NCBI GenBank assembly: GCA_000934665.2
Contig: KZ538414.1
Coordinates: 1-64,000, forward strand
Origin: Catajapyx aquilonaris
Lineage: Eukaryota
DNA: 64,000 nt
Direction of reading: 5' to 3'
The notes below the pieces were generated by a model. That model did not search any database, was not told the DNA's origin, and saw only the letters and a list, made by a program, of their open reading frames with translations. Positions 1 to 12,724 of the stretch are shown piece by piece. Numbering within the stretch: the stretch's first letter is position 1; the number at the start of each line of letters is the position of its first letter. Both the position numbers and the translations under genes were made by a program.

Positions 1-1439
1 TCTTCTTCTCTCTCCTTCTCACCCGCCCCGCCAGGGACCCCACCCCCTCGGGAGGTGCAGCGACCGCTGCACCTTGACATAGGTTTGGCCGCCACTGTTC
101 AAATGTACTGACTTGAAAACACAATGTATCGACTTGTAGATGGTATTTGGCGTCCAAGTCGGTACATGATTAGGTACACCCGCGAGCATAAAGTTGGAGA
201 CCCTCACCTTCGGCAGGCTGGTGTCTTATCTTAGGTAATTGTGTAACTTTCAGAAGAACGGGTCCCCTGCTAGTGACACATGTATTGCTATCTCATAACG
301 TGTATACTGGTTTGTTCCAATCGCCTGCAGGCCCTTTCGTGTGCTTACCCACCAAAAAAAAATTAATTTAATAAACCGTATTACATGCAATGTGGCGTTT
401 AATCGTTTCTAACTAATTAATAGCAGCCTTCGATGCAGGTGGCATTATACTTGATAAAACAATTAACCACTATAGTACATTACCATTTACAGTAAGCTAC
501 AAACTTCTACTTTTTCTCTCTCTACATGTTGACATTATGAGCCCCATATATTAATTATCTCATCAGTATATGCTCCCTATTGTCCAAAATGAATTGTTGC
601 TCCACCACTCTTTAAAACTTCTAATTTGCCACATGTGTCACACCCTACATGTCAACCGGTTAACTGGATCCAAAATGGCCGCCATCTAGCCCCCATAAAG
701 CTAGTCAACTAGGGTGCCCAGATGCTGTCCCTATATAACAACTACCCTGTCATTTAAAAAACCGGCACAAAATCCTTATCAATCACTTTCATTGGTTACA
801 AAAAAAAAAAACACCTGGTGTATCAAAAGCAGGTTAGGTTCGAAGGCATGACGGCGGCGCTGAAAACCCACAGAAGAGGCGGCTCCGAATAATGGCGAGC
901 GAGCTGGATTTCAGCGGCGGTTTAGGCGAATCAACGCTGGGGTGAGCCATTAAATTCCTTAAAAAACAAAAAAAAANAGGGGGGGGGGGGGGGGGGGAGG
1001 CAGGTAGAGATGGAGGGAAAAACACAGGCCCGGTGCGTCTGCGGCCGTGTAATTAAGCTCGCCGCCCGCTCATGATCTATCATAAAGATAGCGGCGTAAT
1101 GGATGATAGTCAAATATTTCCGGTTATTCTGATGGAACGTGTGACATTCGCCGCGCTGAGGCTCGGAAAGGGCGTGCCTAAGCGCCGATGCGGACGGCTA
1201 CACCTTGTAATTCCCCTGATAGCATCGCACCGTCCCCTTCACTCTTCAAGGGGCCCACCGTACCGGCATTTCACAAAAGTGGTTGGGTGCCAGCTTCCTT
1301 GCAGCCACCGAAGGAATGGGACTGACTGGGGACCAAAGGGGGCCGCCATGTTGGGGGATGCGCAGGCGGGGTGCGCGGGGAAAATGTGTAAAAGCCATTC
1401 GACCTCATTTAATAATTAATTTTTCACTGGTTATATAAC

Positions 1440-2200
1440 ATTGTATTACGTAAAAAATAAACAAACAGATAAATAAATAAAACTAATAACTTATATATAA
1501 ATAACTAATTAATAAGAACCAACAACTAATAAACGCTAAAAACTAATAAACTAATAAATAACTAATTAATAAGAATCAGCAACTAATATAAAAGCTAAAA
1601 GCTAATAACTAACTAATTAATAAGAACCAACAACTAATAAATAAATAACTAAATTAATTAATAAGAACCAACAACTAATAAACGCTAAAAGCTAATAAAC
1701 TAATTAATAACTAATTAATAAGAACCAACAACTAATAAAAGCTAAAAACTAATAAATAAATAACTGAATTAATTAATAAGAACCAACAACTAATAAAAGC
1801 TGAAAAATAAATAAATAACTAAATTAATAAGAACCAATAACTAATAAAAGCTAAAAAATAATAAATAACTAAATTAATAAGAACCAATAACTAATAAAAG
1901 CTAAAAATAATAAATAAATAACTAAATTTATTAATAAAAACCAATTACTAATAAAAGCTAAAAACTAATAAACTAATTAATAAGCACCAACAACTAATAA
2001 AAGCTAAAAACCTAATAAACAAATAAATAAGAACCAACAACTAATAAAAGCTAAAAACCTAATAAACAAATAAATAAGAACCAACAACTAATAAAAGCTA
2101 AAAACCTAATAAACAAATAAATAACTTAATTAATTAATTACTACATAATTAAACTAATAAATAAATACATAAAAACCAATAACTAATAAACTAATAATTT
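1440..2200. repeat. AT-rich minisatellite, ~45-55 bp unit (TAATAAGAACCAACAACTAATAAAAGCTAAAA...)
   Basis: Roughly a dozen degenerate tandem copies are visible. Confidence 0.9.
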
Positions 2201-3828
2201 TAAATATTAAATTAAATATTAAACGTTGGTTTAAATTGAATATTTTGCCATGAGACAGTTTGTCAGTTTTGAACCTAATTAATTACAATTAATTTCGCTG
2301 TTAGATCAGGAAACGGGGGCCGTCATTGCCATGTTGGGGAATGCGCAGATGGGTTGCGCGGTGGGGTGATGCGCCATTCGAACTTATTCATCTATTAAAT
2401 TTGATTGTGTTCGTTGAGTAATATTGTGCTACACGATAAATAAATAAATAAATAATAAAATAAATAAATAAATACCGTAAATGTGGTATAGGTATCTTAA
2501 TATTTTAAATTCATTTTTAGATTTAAAAAGGATATTTAGGCAGGACAGTTGTCTGTTTTAAAAAATTCATTGCAATTAATTGCGCAGTTTAGGCCCCGAA
2601 AGTGCCATCTGTAGGTTACCAACTTGAACCAACAATACACCAAATAAGCTTGTCACATTACCTGTTTGTCCACTGTATAAATCTGCAAAAAAAAAAAAAA
2701 GGTAATTGAAATTAAAAGACCACATTGTTGAAGCAAAAAAAAAGGTCGTATTTTGAGATCCCAAGTAATAGTCGTACATTCACACAGCTTTGGCTTTAGA
2801 GACTAAACAACATTATAATAATCCTCTCTTTTCACAGTATAGTTTCTTGCAACGAGTTCGCTTGGCACCTTTGGGCGGTTTGCTGAATTACAAGGGGGGA
2901 TTTAGGAGCTAAAAAAAAAATGAAACAGTAAACAACAACAAAGGCGAAAGTCTGAGCTGTTGATGAGCAAGTACCATCGTTGAAAATGGGAGGGGAACAA
3001 TTCACTCGCGCAAAGAATGGGCAACAATTCAACTATACAAACAAACAAAAATATTAAATAGTGATAATATTAATAATAATTGGTGGGATGGCCCACATGG
3101 GCACATGGTTCCAACGCGCACATTTTTTTTGTACATTAAAAAAAATTAATACCGGGCACTTTCACTAGCACGACTCACGAACTGGCAACAGCTGGGATGG
3201 ACCGCCATTTTATCTGGAATTAGAAAAAAATATGATTGGTTAGCATTACAATTGATCAAATAAATGCATATGTAACTGTTTAATTACTGTTTTTTTGTAT
3301 GAAAAAAATTGGCAATAAATAAATATGTGGTACGTGGCGACGTCATAATTGCTCAGTTTTTCTTCCCATAATTAACAGCCATTTATCTACTAATTTCATA
3401 TACCACAGACGTAATTGCACATACAAGCACATCATCTCCTTCCTGCTAAAAAAAACCTGGTAAAAAGTCAGTGAAGCGCGAAATAAAGACACAATCAACA
3501 TGTCAAGCTAAAGTCAAGTAATATGTAATAACAACGTAAGTAGTGCCTCACTAAATTGACGTACTAATTCAATTTGACACAAACTAGTGCTACCTGTGCA
3601 GGTGCAAAAAAAAAAATTGTATGTTACAAGCAGGTGTAGGAAACAGCCTTTGGCGAACAAAGATATGGATGACAGGAGGTACCAAAAAAGTTTGTCATCA
3701 GGTTATTGTCTAAACTGAAGGTATGTTTAACGTCCGAATAAATGACAGGTAGATGCAAATGGTGTAATTAGGCTAATTAGTTCCATGTTCGTTTTTTTCA
3801 GGCTTATAGGCCAACGTCTACAATAGTA

Positions 3829-4113
3829 CACTCTTAACCATTTACCTTCTCTAGAGAGGGTAAGAAAGTGGCCATTTTTTACCTTACATTGTAGGGTAAA
3901 TATTCTTGGGTAAATTGATTCTAAGGTAAATTTTGCACGTATTACCTTAGAAAATAGAGGGTAAACAGAGGCCCCTTTTACCCTCTATTTTCTAAGGTAA
4001 TACGTGCAAAATTTACCTTAGAATCAATTTACCCAAGAATATTTACCCTACAATGTAAGGTAAAAAATGGCCACTTTCTTACCCTCTCTAGAGAAGGTAA
4101 ATGGTTAAGAGTG
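3829..4113. mobile_element. Foldback MITE with 137-bp perfect arms, TA-flanked
   Basis: TA|CACTCTTAACC...GGTTAAGAGTG|TA. Arms 3829-3965 and 3977-4113 are reverse complements around an 11-nt spacer. Confidence 0.85.
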
Positions 4114-5056
4114 TATATATAGCAATGCTATCGCTCATCTGAGGCCATCGACATATTTACGTCCATATGTACAACTCTCAAGAGATCATATGTGAAGGCG
4201 TGTGAAGGTATCAAATTTTCCCACGATTTAACGACTAATACCACCCCCAGATTATCCGCAGATTACAGCATTACCATGTAGCTTCAGACCTACGTAACGT
4301 GTTTATTACATATTGATCAGAATCCAGCAACATAACAATATTAAGCAATCAATAACTCCCAAGATAAAGAGTCAAAACAAAAATTTCTGCACCTTCCATT
4401 TTTTTATTATAGAAATAATACTATTATTAAAAATGGGGGATACTATTATTAAAAATGGGGGATGGGCAATGTTTGCATTTTCCGCCTTTTTCACCCGGGT
4501 ATGAATTCATACCCTGCATTTTATGGAGGTTTAGGTTAAAAAAAATTATTCCTCCTACATTTGGGCAGAGGTGGGTTGAACTTATCATGCTCGTCCCCAC
4601 CCATTCCCACCACAGACACAAATAATATCTGGGTACCTACGCGTACAGTATTTACCTAGAAACGGGTGAAAAAATTGGCTCCACCAGGCTAACCGGTTTT
4701 ACACTTAGAAAAAGTACAGCTGTCGGTACAAGGTGTCCAAAGGTTCCAGCAGTTTTTTAATCAGTAGATAATTGTGTAATTATCATATTATTATCGTGTA
4801 TTTAGCGCCATTATACGGGAGGGGGATTTTAGTAGGAAATTAATGAACACTGCCGCTTATAGTTAATATTAGTGAAATAGATAATAGATAATATTGCAGT
4901 TGAGAATAAGGTTACCGTCTATCTATCATTAGTATTTATTAGTGGTAGTATTTTTGTGAGTATAGCATATTTATTATTTTATTATATAGTTTTATTATTC
5001 TATTATTATGTAGTCATTAAAATTGCCATATTACTTATTATTATATTATTTATTAT

Positions 5057-5310
5057 ACCGAAGCAGGTTGGTGTGGTGGTTAAGGAACCTGACTGCTAAT
5101 CGGGAGGTCCTGGGTTGGAATCCCGGGGTCCGGCGATCCTGGTTTTCCACGGTCCCCCCAGGACAATTCCGGGTTCGTTTCCGTATAATAGGCCACAGCC
5201 GCTTCCTTCCTTTCCCATCCTTGGCCCCATCCAATGGTGGTATTCTACTCCCCTAATGGAGCGCCGATTCTCCCAATGGGGTAAATAAAATAAAATAAAT
5301 AAATAAAATA
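5057..5310 (+). mobile_element. tRNA-derived SINE, family A, full length, tail type A
   Basis: Head ACCGAAGCAGGTTGGTGTGGTGG (A-box-like), CTGACTGCTAATCGG anticodon arm, B-box GGTT(C/G)GAATCCC, shared body, (TAAA)n tail. Nine further copies occur in the window. Confidence 0.9.
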
Positions 5311-5472
5311 TTGTTTATTATTATATTATTTATCATATTGTTTATTATCATATTATTTATCATATTGTTTATTATTATATTATTAATCATATTGTTTATT
5401 ATCATAAATTTATCATATTGTTTATTTTCATTAATTTATCATACTGTTTATTATCATTAATTTATCGTATTA

Positions 5473-5578
5473 CACTTGAATCCGGATATAACAACCTCGG
5501 CTATAACAGACTTTCGGTTATAGGGCTTAAACCTGATTTCCGCGGTTCCTTAAAGTCTGTTATATCCGGATTCAACTG
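5473..5578. mobile_element. Small Tc1/mariner(pogo)-type MITE
   Basis: TIRs CACTTGAATCCGGATATAACA / TGTTATATCCGGATTCAACTG, with TA on the left. Confidence 0.7.
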
Positions 5579-5596
5579 TTATTAGTTTATAATATA

Positions 5597-5802
5597 CAGG
5601 GTGGTCAAGTTCAAGTGTCGTTTTATAACGGCGATTAATAGCAGTGATTTTGCGATGACGTAGCAGCGACGCGTAAAATGTCCCACTTCGGCGCATCTTC
5701 TGCGCGATCGAAGTGGGCAATTTTACACGTCGCTGCTACGTCATCGTTAAGCGCTTCTATTAATTGCCGTTATAAAACGACACTTGAACTTGGACCACCC
5801 TG
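5597..5802. mobile_element. CAGGGTG-terminated palindromic MITE (Tc1/mariner-type)
   Basis: TA|CAGGGTGGTCAAGTTCAAGTGTCG...CGACACTTGAACTTGGACCACCCTG|TA. Almost the whole element is self-complementary. Confidence 0.85.
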
Positions 5803-7323
5803 TATATTATTATTTTATTAGTGGTATTTTATTCCCCTTTTCCAGTGGTATTTGATTATTTTATTATATAACCTATTAAGGTATTATTATAATTGGTATA
5901 GTTATTTCCTTATATTTATTGTTATTTCTTTATTTCAGGAACCAGAGCGCCTCTGAACGAATGGTAAAAAGAACTTCCGCAAAACCCCAACGCCATCTAT
6001 CGAACTCCCATCATAATTTTGGCCCAAACTCACCTGAAATATGTACACACTCGTCCAAAAACGAGTGACAACAATTAACAATTTGTTTGACTTATCCCAC
6101 CCTGACCTGCCAAGAAGAGAGAAAAAAAAAACTGACAAAAAAAACCGGTCCTTAAAAAAATCGAGGCCGCTCTCTAATGCGAGTAACTGGCCTAATGTTA
6201 CGTTTGCCACCTTGAGTCGGCTCTCTCTCTCACCTGACTTTTTTAAGGTGCGCCTCTCCTTAGGAAAATATGAGAAACGTAAGGGATCAGATAATGTCCC
6301 GGCCCCGATGATCCGTTTTCCAGATCCAGGCGTGATAAATTGGCGGCCCAATCTGTAATTTGGGGGTCGAGGGAGGGGATAGGGAGGAGGGGTGGATGGG
6401 GAGGGGGGGGGGGAGAAATAGCATCTATTTATTTTTGGCTGTCAGTTAGGCGAGATGAAAGGGACCGCGTGTCTAATCAGGCATTTCTACCCTTGCCCCT
6501 ATCCCTCGAATTAATGCATATTAACATGCAGGATAGGGAATAAAGTAATTACGGACCAGGCGTCAAGGGGGCGTGTATTATATATATATATTTTTTTTTA
6601 CTTAAAAACCAATGTAAATGTGTGTTCGAAACGAGATTTCGAGAATGAATTTTCTTATCGAAATGATGATGATGATGAAAAAAAATAAACAAAATGAGGT
6701 TTTGCCCTTAAGGATTTTGGCCCCAACACCGGCCTTTTTCGCCCTGTAATTTGGGGTCCGAGGAGGTGGCTCCTTGCCTTCCTTCCTCAACCTCAACTTA
6801 CACCCCACAAACCCCCACTGCTAACCACTAACAAAACACCTTTTTTTTTTTTGGTTTTCTTAATGTGCGGGGGCGAACATAAACCTGTTTACAAAAATTT
6901 TTCAAATAGGGGGGGGGGAGGCCTAAAATTTCTGCGGTTTGGTGTTTTGGAAACACCTGGACCAATTTTCAAAATTGAGCTAACCTACACTTGGAAAATT
7001 CGAGGGAGTGGTTTTTGCGTGTCAATCACAAAAAGAGTCAATAGAAGTAATTTTATGTTGAATTTGGATTATACTGTTGGATACCCTGAGGGCAAACACG
7101 CATAAAAGGATCCAAGAATATTGTATATTTACAGTCATTTATTTTTGTCCAAATATTTATTTATTAGGACTTCAGTAGTTATTTGAGAGTTCAGTTGCAT
7201 TCTTTTATTTATTTATATTAATTTGGATTATACTGTTGGATACCCTGAGGGCAAATGCAGACATTTGCTTTTTCCATGCACATTAAAGTCTTAATTTTAT
7301 TTATTTCTGATTATTTAGTATAC

Positions 7324-7379
<56 letters not shown>

Positions 7380-7408
7380 TGTTTGTTTGATTAATTGATT
7401 GATTTTAT

Positions 7409-7649
7409 ACTACATTGGGAGAATCGGCGCTCCATTAGGGGGGTGGAATACCACCATTGGATGAGGCCAAGGATAGTGAAGGAAGGAAGCGGCTGTGGCC
7501 TATTATACGGAAGCGACCCCGGAATGATCCTGGCGGGACGATGGAAAACCACAGAAAACCACAGTCAGGATCGCTGGCCCCGGGAATCGAACCCAGGACC
7601 TCCCGATTAGCAGTCTGGCTCCTTAACCCCTACACCAACCTGCTTCGGT
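7409..7649 (-). mobile_element. SINE family A copy (tail A) inside a (GTA)n microsatellite
   Basis: Reverse-complement match to 5057-5283. (GTA)n runs lie at 7324-7379 and 7650-7709. Confidence 0.9.
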
Positions 7650-7709
<60 letters not shown>

Positions 7710-8354
7710 CGGTAGTAATTTTACAGTTAAATTGCATTTTCTTTACAATACCATTAAAATTTTGGTTTAAAAATATTTAAAAGGTTTAGAGAGAAGGTAA
7801 TCGGTTCGATATTTGCATATTTTATAAATTTTGGAATTATCAGTTTTAAACTGCCAGTTCAATATTTAACTTTAGAAGTGTAATAGCCTATAATTGCGTC
7901 TCACAATTAGTTCCGTGCAACATGGCATAACACCTTGCCCCAAATAATCACATCAGTTCAACAAGCTGAAAGCACTAGAACCCAACCAGCGGTTTTACGA
8001 CCCCTCGACATCCAAGGTCCTATCTCTTTGCCCTGCAATTTTCCAGCCATTACCCGGCCGCGTAACACCCGGCATTCCATTACGACTCACCGCATTAACA
8101 CAAAGGAGGACCCTCAGAAAACATACAACGCCAACTAGTGTTATGACGTACAATTATAAAGATTACATCCGGACATAGATATCAGATTAGGTGTCAGCAC
8201 AAATGACATCTGAAAACCAGTTGGTATGCCTAGCGTCCTATATATATATATATATAATTATGTTGAATTATAGTCTACTGTTGGATACCCTGATAGCAAA
8301 CATAAAAAAATAATCCAAGTAACAATTTTTCATTTGCTCATGAAAAGAAAGGGT

Positions 8355-8430
8355 CTCGGACTTTTCGCCCCCGGCATATTGCCCCCCCGTGACAATTTCG
8401 CCCCCGGCGTATTCGCCCCCGTGACATATT
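8355..8430. repeat. Short TTCGCCCCC-core repeat cluster (possible transposon subterminal repeats)
   Basis: Four spaced copies of TT(C)GCCCCC(C)G. No partner end was found. Confidence 0.4.
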
Positions 8431-10196
8431 CATCATGGTGGGAAAAGCCACAATAACGTATACATACTTTTTAAAAATTAACAAAAAAATTATCTGAATG
8501 TTTCACCACTCTGGTACACAGATGGCGCACATATCCGCCATCTTGGTTAGGTAAACACTGTTCGAAATTGACGTTTCTGATGAGTTTCAAATCGGATCAA
8601 AGTCACACCCTGAAGAACCACACGGATAGTAATTACGGGCTGCCATAACTGGAGTTTGTAAAGTAGGCTAATTAACGGCGAAGGCTACGGCATGCAAATG
8701 TCGCTAGGATTTTCTCGAAAACGTTTTTATCGCCTGCAGCTTCTGTTCTTAGTGTTTAAGAGTGAGAAAAAAAAATGTCAGAAACTGGTTTCATCCTAGA
8801 AATTATTTCAGCGCACAATGTCAGCGGATGATTTCACTTCACCTTCACATAAGCCGACAAATTAGTGATTAACCTTGCTCAAAACTGGTTGAGAAAGTGT
8901 AAGCACCCCCCCCCCCCTAAAAATTGTAATAATAATATTTATTCGGCTTAAACAATGTAATCCCGGTTTTAAGCCCAAGAAAACCAATGTAATCACAATA
9001 TTTACACCAATTCCTCCCGAAAATTAATTCCATTCCCACCATCTCTCTCTCTGGAAAAAAATTTCTGGTAACACCCTTGTAATCCTGGCGTATAATTGGA
9101 GGATTAAGTCAGGACTTAGAACCATCTGGGCATCCGATTCGGTTCGATCAAAGTCAAGGGGAAAGAAGCGAGGAGGGGCTTTTGCTTGGCCCTTTGTTGA
9201 AACTCTTCTTCCCTCAGCAGTAATGGGTTTGGCTCCTGGGCAAATGATATTATGCTCGACACCTGTTGGCCCACCCAGATGAAACATTCCAGAGATACGC
9301 ATATGCAATAGGGGGGGATGAGATAGGGGGGGGGAGAAAAAAAGGGGGGGGGGGGTCCTCAAAATGCACTTTTGATTGCTTCCCACAGTCATTCCCACAA
9401 CGAATGCACCCTATTTTGTTCGATAAATGACCCATGGAGAGGATCCCACGCTCAGATTTATCCCATAGCTGTGCAGCTGTTGACATGTTTTTATGGTACA
9501 CCAATTGTCAACTAACATTTTTAAAAAATTTAAACTAAAATTTTAGCACCATTTATGAATCGACACCTGAGGTGTTATATCTCTATTGCAAATTTGAAAC
9601 CAAGCCTATTTTTAGCAACTGTAATAGCCATTAGTTCATGCATAACCCTCACCTCTAAAGCCCTACGACACTTAACTATTCATCCCGCATCTAAACTCAC
9701 TTTTTAAAGCCTCACAAATCTCCCTACTTCGCCCCCTCAGCACGTGTCCCAGCAAGCTCATCGCCAGTTTGGACCACACTATAGGACCCCTACCCATTTT
9801 CCCGAAAAGGCGGTACGTTTAAAGAGGGCGGCTAAAAACCCTTTCAAAAGCAATGCAGAACGGGTTATGTGTGTGTATATATAGTACCTTTAGGGGGGTT
9901 GTCTTTTGGTCTCCCTTCTACCTCAGCGCCACCTGTGGTGTTTCAAACGGCCCATTTGCGGAGGGAAATTGGCGGACTGGCACTTTGGCCCCCATGGGGG
10001 TTAGAGGCCATGGGAGGGCCACAGATGCACCTAGATTATCTTCAACCTTCCCTCCCTTTTTTTGTGTGTGGACATGGAAGGACCCCCAACTGACTTTTCT
10101 CACCTTCCATTTTAGAAAAGGGGCCGAGAGGGGCTAAAAGGTGCCGACAGTGTCGCATGCCATATTTGACCAGGGAAAAGGGATGACCAACGTCCC

Positions 10197-10274
10197 CAAG
10201 GAGTTACTCACTTCGGTACTCCTTGGTACTTGGTACTCCGGTGTACAGTTTACACTCGAGTGAGTAACCCCTTG
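10197..10274. mobile_element. hAT-type MITE (CAAGGGG family), minimal copy
   Basis: CAAGGAGTTACTCAC...GTGAGTAACCCCTTG, with internal GGTACTCC repeats and TGTACA. Confidence 0.7.
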
Positions 10275-10447
10275 GTCTATTCACTTATTCAGTCAATTTT
10301 TATACAGTTAATTATTAATTTATAGGATTGAAACCAAAATGGCAACGTTGTAACGGTTTTAAACGGTCAACATGCGCACGCGCCGACCTACAATGTTGCC
10401 ATTTTTGTGTATTTTAGATCCAATTTTCATCCTGTATTTATTTATTT

Positions 10448-10743
10448 CAAGGGGGTGTATGTACACCTGCGAGTGGTACAGTACTGGCCAATAATCGAGG
10501 CAACGACTAGCGACATTTTCCCGAAGCGGCAGAAGAAGGAATCTTGCTCGCCCGGCTTGTAGCATGCTTATCTTCGATTCCTCCTTCTGCCGCTTCGGGA
10601 AAATGTCGCTAGTCGTTGCCTCGATAATTGGCCAGTACTGTACTTCCTGGTACTCCTCAGGTACCTCACTCTTTATTACTCCTTGGTACTCCTTGAATTT
10701 GGTACTCCAGTGTACACTTCTCAGGCGAGTGATTACCCCCTTG
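10448..10743. mobile_element. hAT-type MITE (CAAGGGG family) carrying an inner TA-flanked palindrome (10479-10640)
   Basis: ATTTATTT|CAAGGGGG...CCCCCTTG|ATTTATTT (8-bp TSD, low complexity). Inner element is TA|CAGTACTGGCCAAT...ATTGGCCAGTACTG|TA. Confidence 0.75.
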
Positions 10744-10761
10744 ATTTATTTATTTATTTAT

Positions 10762-10998
10762 ACACCATTGGGAGAATCGGCGCTCCATTAGGAGGGTGGA
10801 GTACCACCATTGGATGGGGAAGGAAGGAGGCGACAGTGGCCTATTATACGGAAGCAACCCCGGAATTATCCTGGGGGGGGGGGGGGACTGTGGAAAACTA
10901 CAGAAAACCACCGCCAGGGTTTCCAGCCCCGGGATTCGAACCCAGGACCTTCCGATTAGCAGTCAGGCTTCTTAACCACCACACCAACTTGATTCGGT
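10762..10998 (-). mobile_element. SINE family A copy (tail A)
   Basis: Reverse-complement match to the family consensus. Confidence 0.9.
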
Positions 10999-10999
10999 A

Positions 11000-11682
11000 T
11001 ACATTTAATTATTAATTTGTAGGCTTAAAAGCAAAATGGCAACGTTGTAACGGGTTTTAACGGTCAACATACGCACGCGCTGACCTACAATGTTGCCATT
11101 TTTGTGTCTTTTATATCCAATTTTCATCCAGTATTCAAGTGACTCCTAGAGAATACACACCTTGGTTAGACCCAGTTCTAGCACCAACCAGTGAAAAACA
11201 AACCCAATATATCTACAAACACCCTCTAAGCAGTCTAAGGTGACTGCCATCTTGCCCACTCAGGGACCAACGTCCCTGTTAGTCTATTCCAAGGGGTTAC
11301 TAACTTCAGTACTCCTTGGTATTCCTTGGTACTCTTTGGTATTCGTTGAATTTGGTACTCTGGTGTACACTTTACAGTAGAGTGAGTAACCCCTTGGTGT
11401 ATTCACTTATTCGGTCAATTTTTACACAGTTCATTATTAATTTATAGACTTAAAACCAAAATGACAACATTGTAACGGTTTTTAACGGTCAACATGCGCA
11501 CGCGCCGACCTATAATGTTGACATTTTTGTGTCTTTTATATCCAATTTTCATCCAGTATTCAGGTGACTCCTACAGAATACACACCTTGGTTAGACCCAG
11601 TTCTAGCACCAACCAGTTAAAAACAAACCCAATATATCTACAAACACCCTCTAAGGTGACTGCCATCTTACCCACTCAGCAT
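11000..11682. repeat. Local segmental duplication (also matches 10275-10435)
   Basis: The block AATTATTAATTT..AAAATGGCAACGTTGTAACGG..GACCTACAATGTTGCC..CCAGTTCTAGCACC recurs at ~11005-11260 and ~11430-11680, with a partial copy at ~10305-10435. Confidence 0.85.
11290..11396. mobile_element. hAT-type MITE (CAAGGGG family)
   Basis: GTCTATTC|CAAGGGGTTACT...AGTAACCCCTTG|GTGTATTC (8-bp TSD, 7/8 match). Confidence 0.75.
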
Positions 11683-12161
11683 CCGTAACGTTCAGCACGG
11701 AATGAGAGATCGATTTCCATTCTCCTAATACCCCCCCCCCCCTCCCCCTTTACCACACACGACAAAAACCCGAAAAAAAACAGGCCATAGGACCAGAATC
11801 AATACGCCAGGACTAACTTCCTGGAACGAAGTGCTAATGCAGCCTTTATGTTTCTTCTAAGTGGGGGCCGGTGCATGTCGCGGCTTTTCCGCTGCCCTAC
11901 CACATTCTGCTGGAGAAACACTTCCCGAGAAGAAGATGGAAAGAAAGAACTGGATGGATTTAAAAAAAATGGAAGGGGAAATATCGGGGGTTCCCCGTGA
12001 CGGTGGTTTTCGATCATGGATAAATATCGTCCCGGTTCAGTGTGTCGGACGGTTTGTCCTAACGGACGTGAGAGGATGTGGGAAATTGTGACATTATGAG
12101 TTAAAGGGTGTCTGATAGAGGCTAATTCTATTTTTCTACTTTAAATATTCTAAGTACTATA

Positions 12162-12724
12162 CAGGGTGTTTATTGTAACTCTGCAAAGACTTTCAGGGGT
12201 AATAGAGGGGACCAAGACAAGTATTTTTGACATAGGGACCAGTGTCCGGAAACGCCATCTAGAGGGGGTTCATAGACGAGGAACGGGTGCGCTCAGACGC
12301 GTCACGCGAGAGGCGCTAAGGCGAGCGGACTGTTTTGTTGATAGGTGGCGTGCAGTTGTTGCCAGGTTATGGCGTATCGCGTCGTTGTAAGCAAACAACA
12401 ACGCGATACGCCATAACCTGGCAACAGCAGAACCGCTGTTGGCTATCCGCGCGTCTCCTAGGAGGCTGACTTTAGTCGCTAGATGGCTCTGTTGTTGCCA
12501 CGTTATGACACATCTCATCGTTGGTTACTATCCGAGCGCCATCTATCAACAAAACAGTCCGCTCGCCTAGCGCCTCCCGCGTGACGCGTCTGAGCGCACC
12601 CGTTCCTTGTCTATGAACCCCCTCTAGATGGCGTTTCCGGACACGGGTTCCTATTTCAGAAATACTTGTCTTGATCCCCTCTATTACCCCTGAAAGTCTT
12701 TGCAGAGTTACAATAAACACCCTG
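12162..12724. mobile_element. CAGGGTG MITE with ~190-bp TIRs and an internal hairpin
   Basis: TA|CAGGGTGTTTATTGTAACTCTGC...GCAGAGTTACAATAAACACCCTG|TA. An internal palindrome lies at ~12357-12428. Confidence 0.9.

Noticed and set aside
5057..5135. SINE heads as tRNA-Ser(GCT) genes
   Set aside because: There is no proper acceptor stem or long variable arm. They are fused to a shared body, often flanked by TSDs, and divergent between copies.
8560..8635. Hammerhead-like words CTGATGA / CTGAAGA
   Set aside because: No stem II plus GAAA in the right order and no closing stems could be built.
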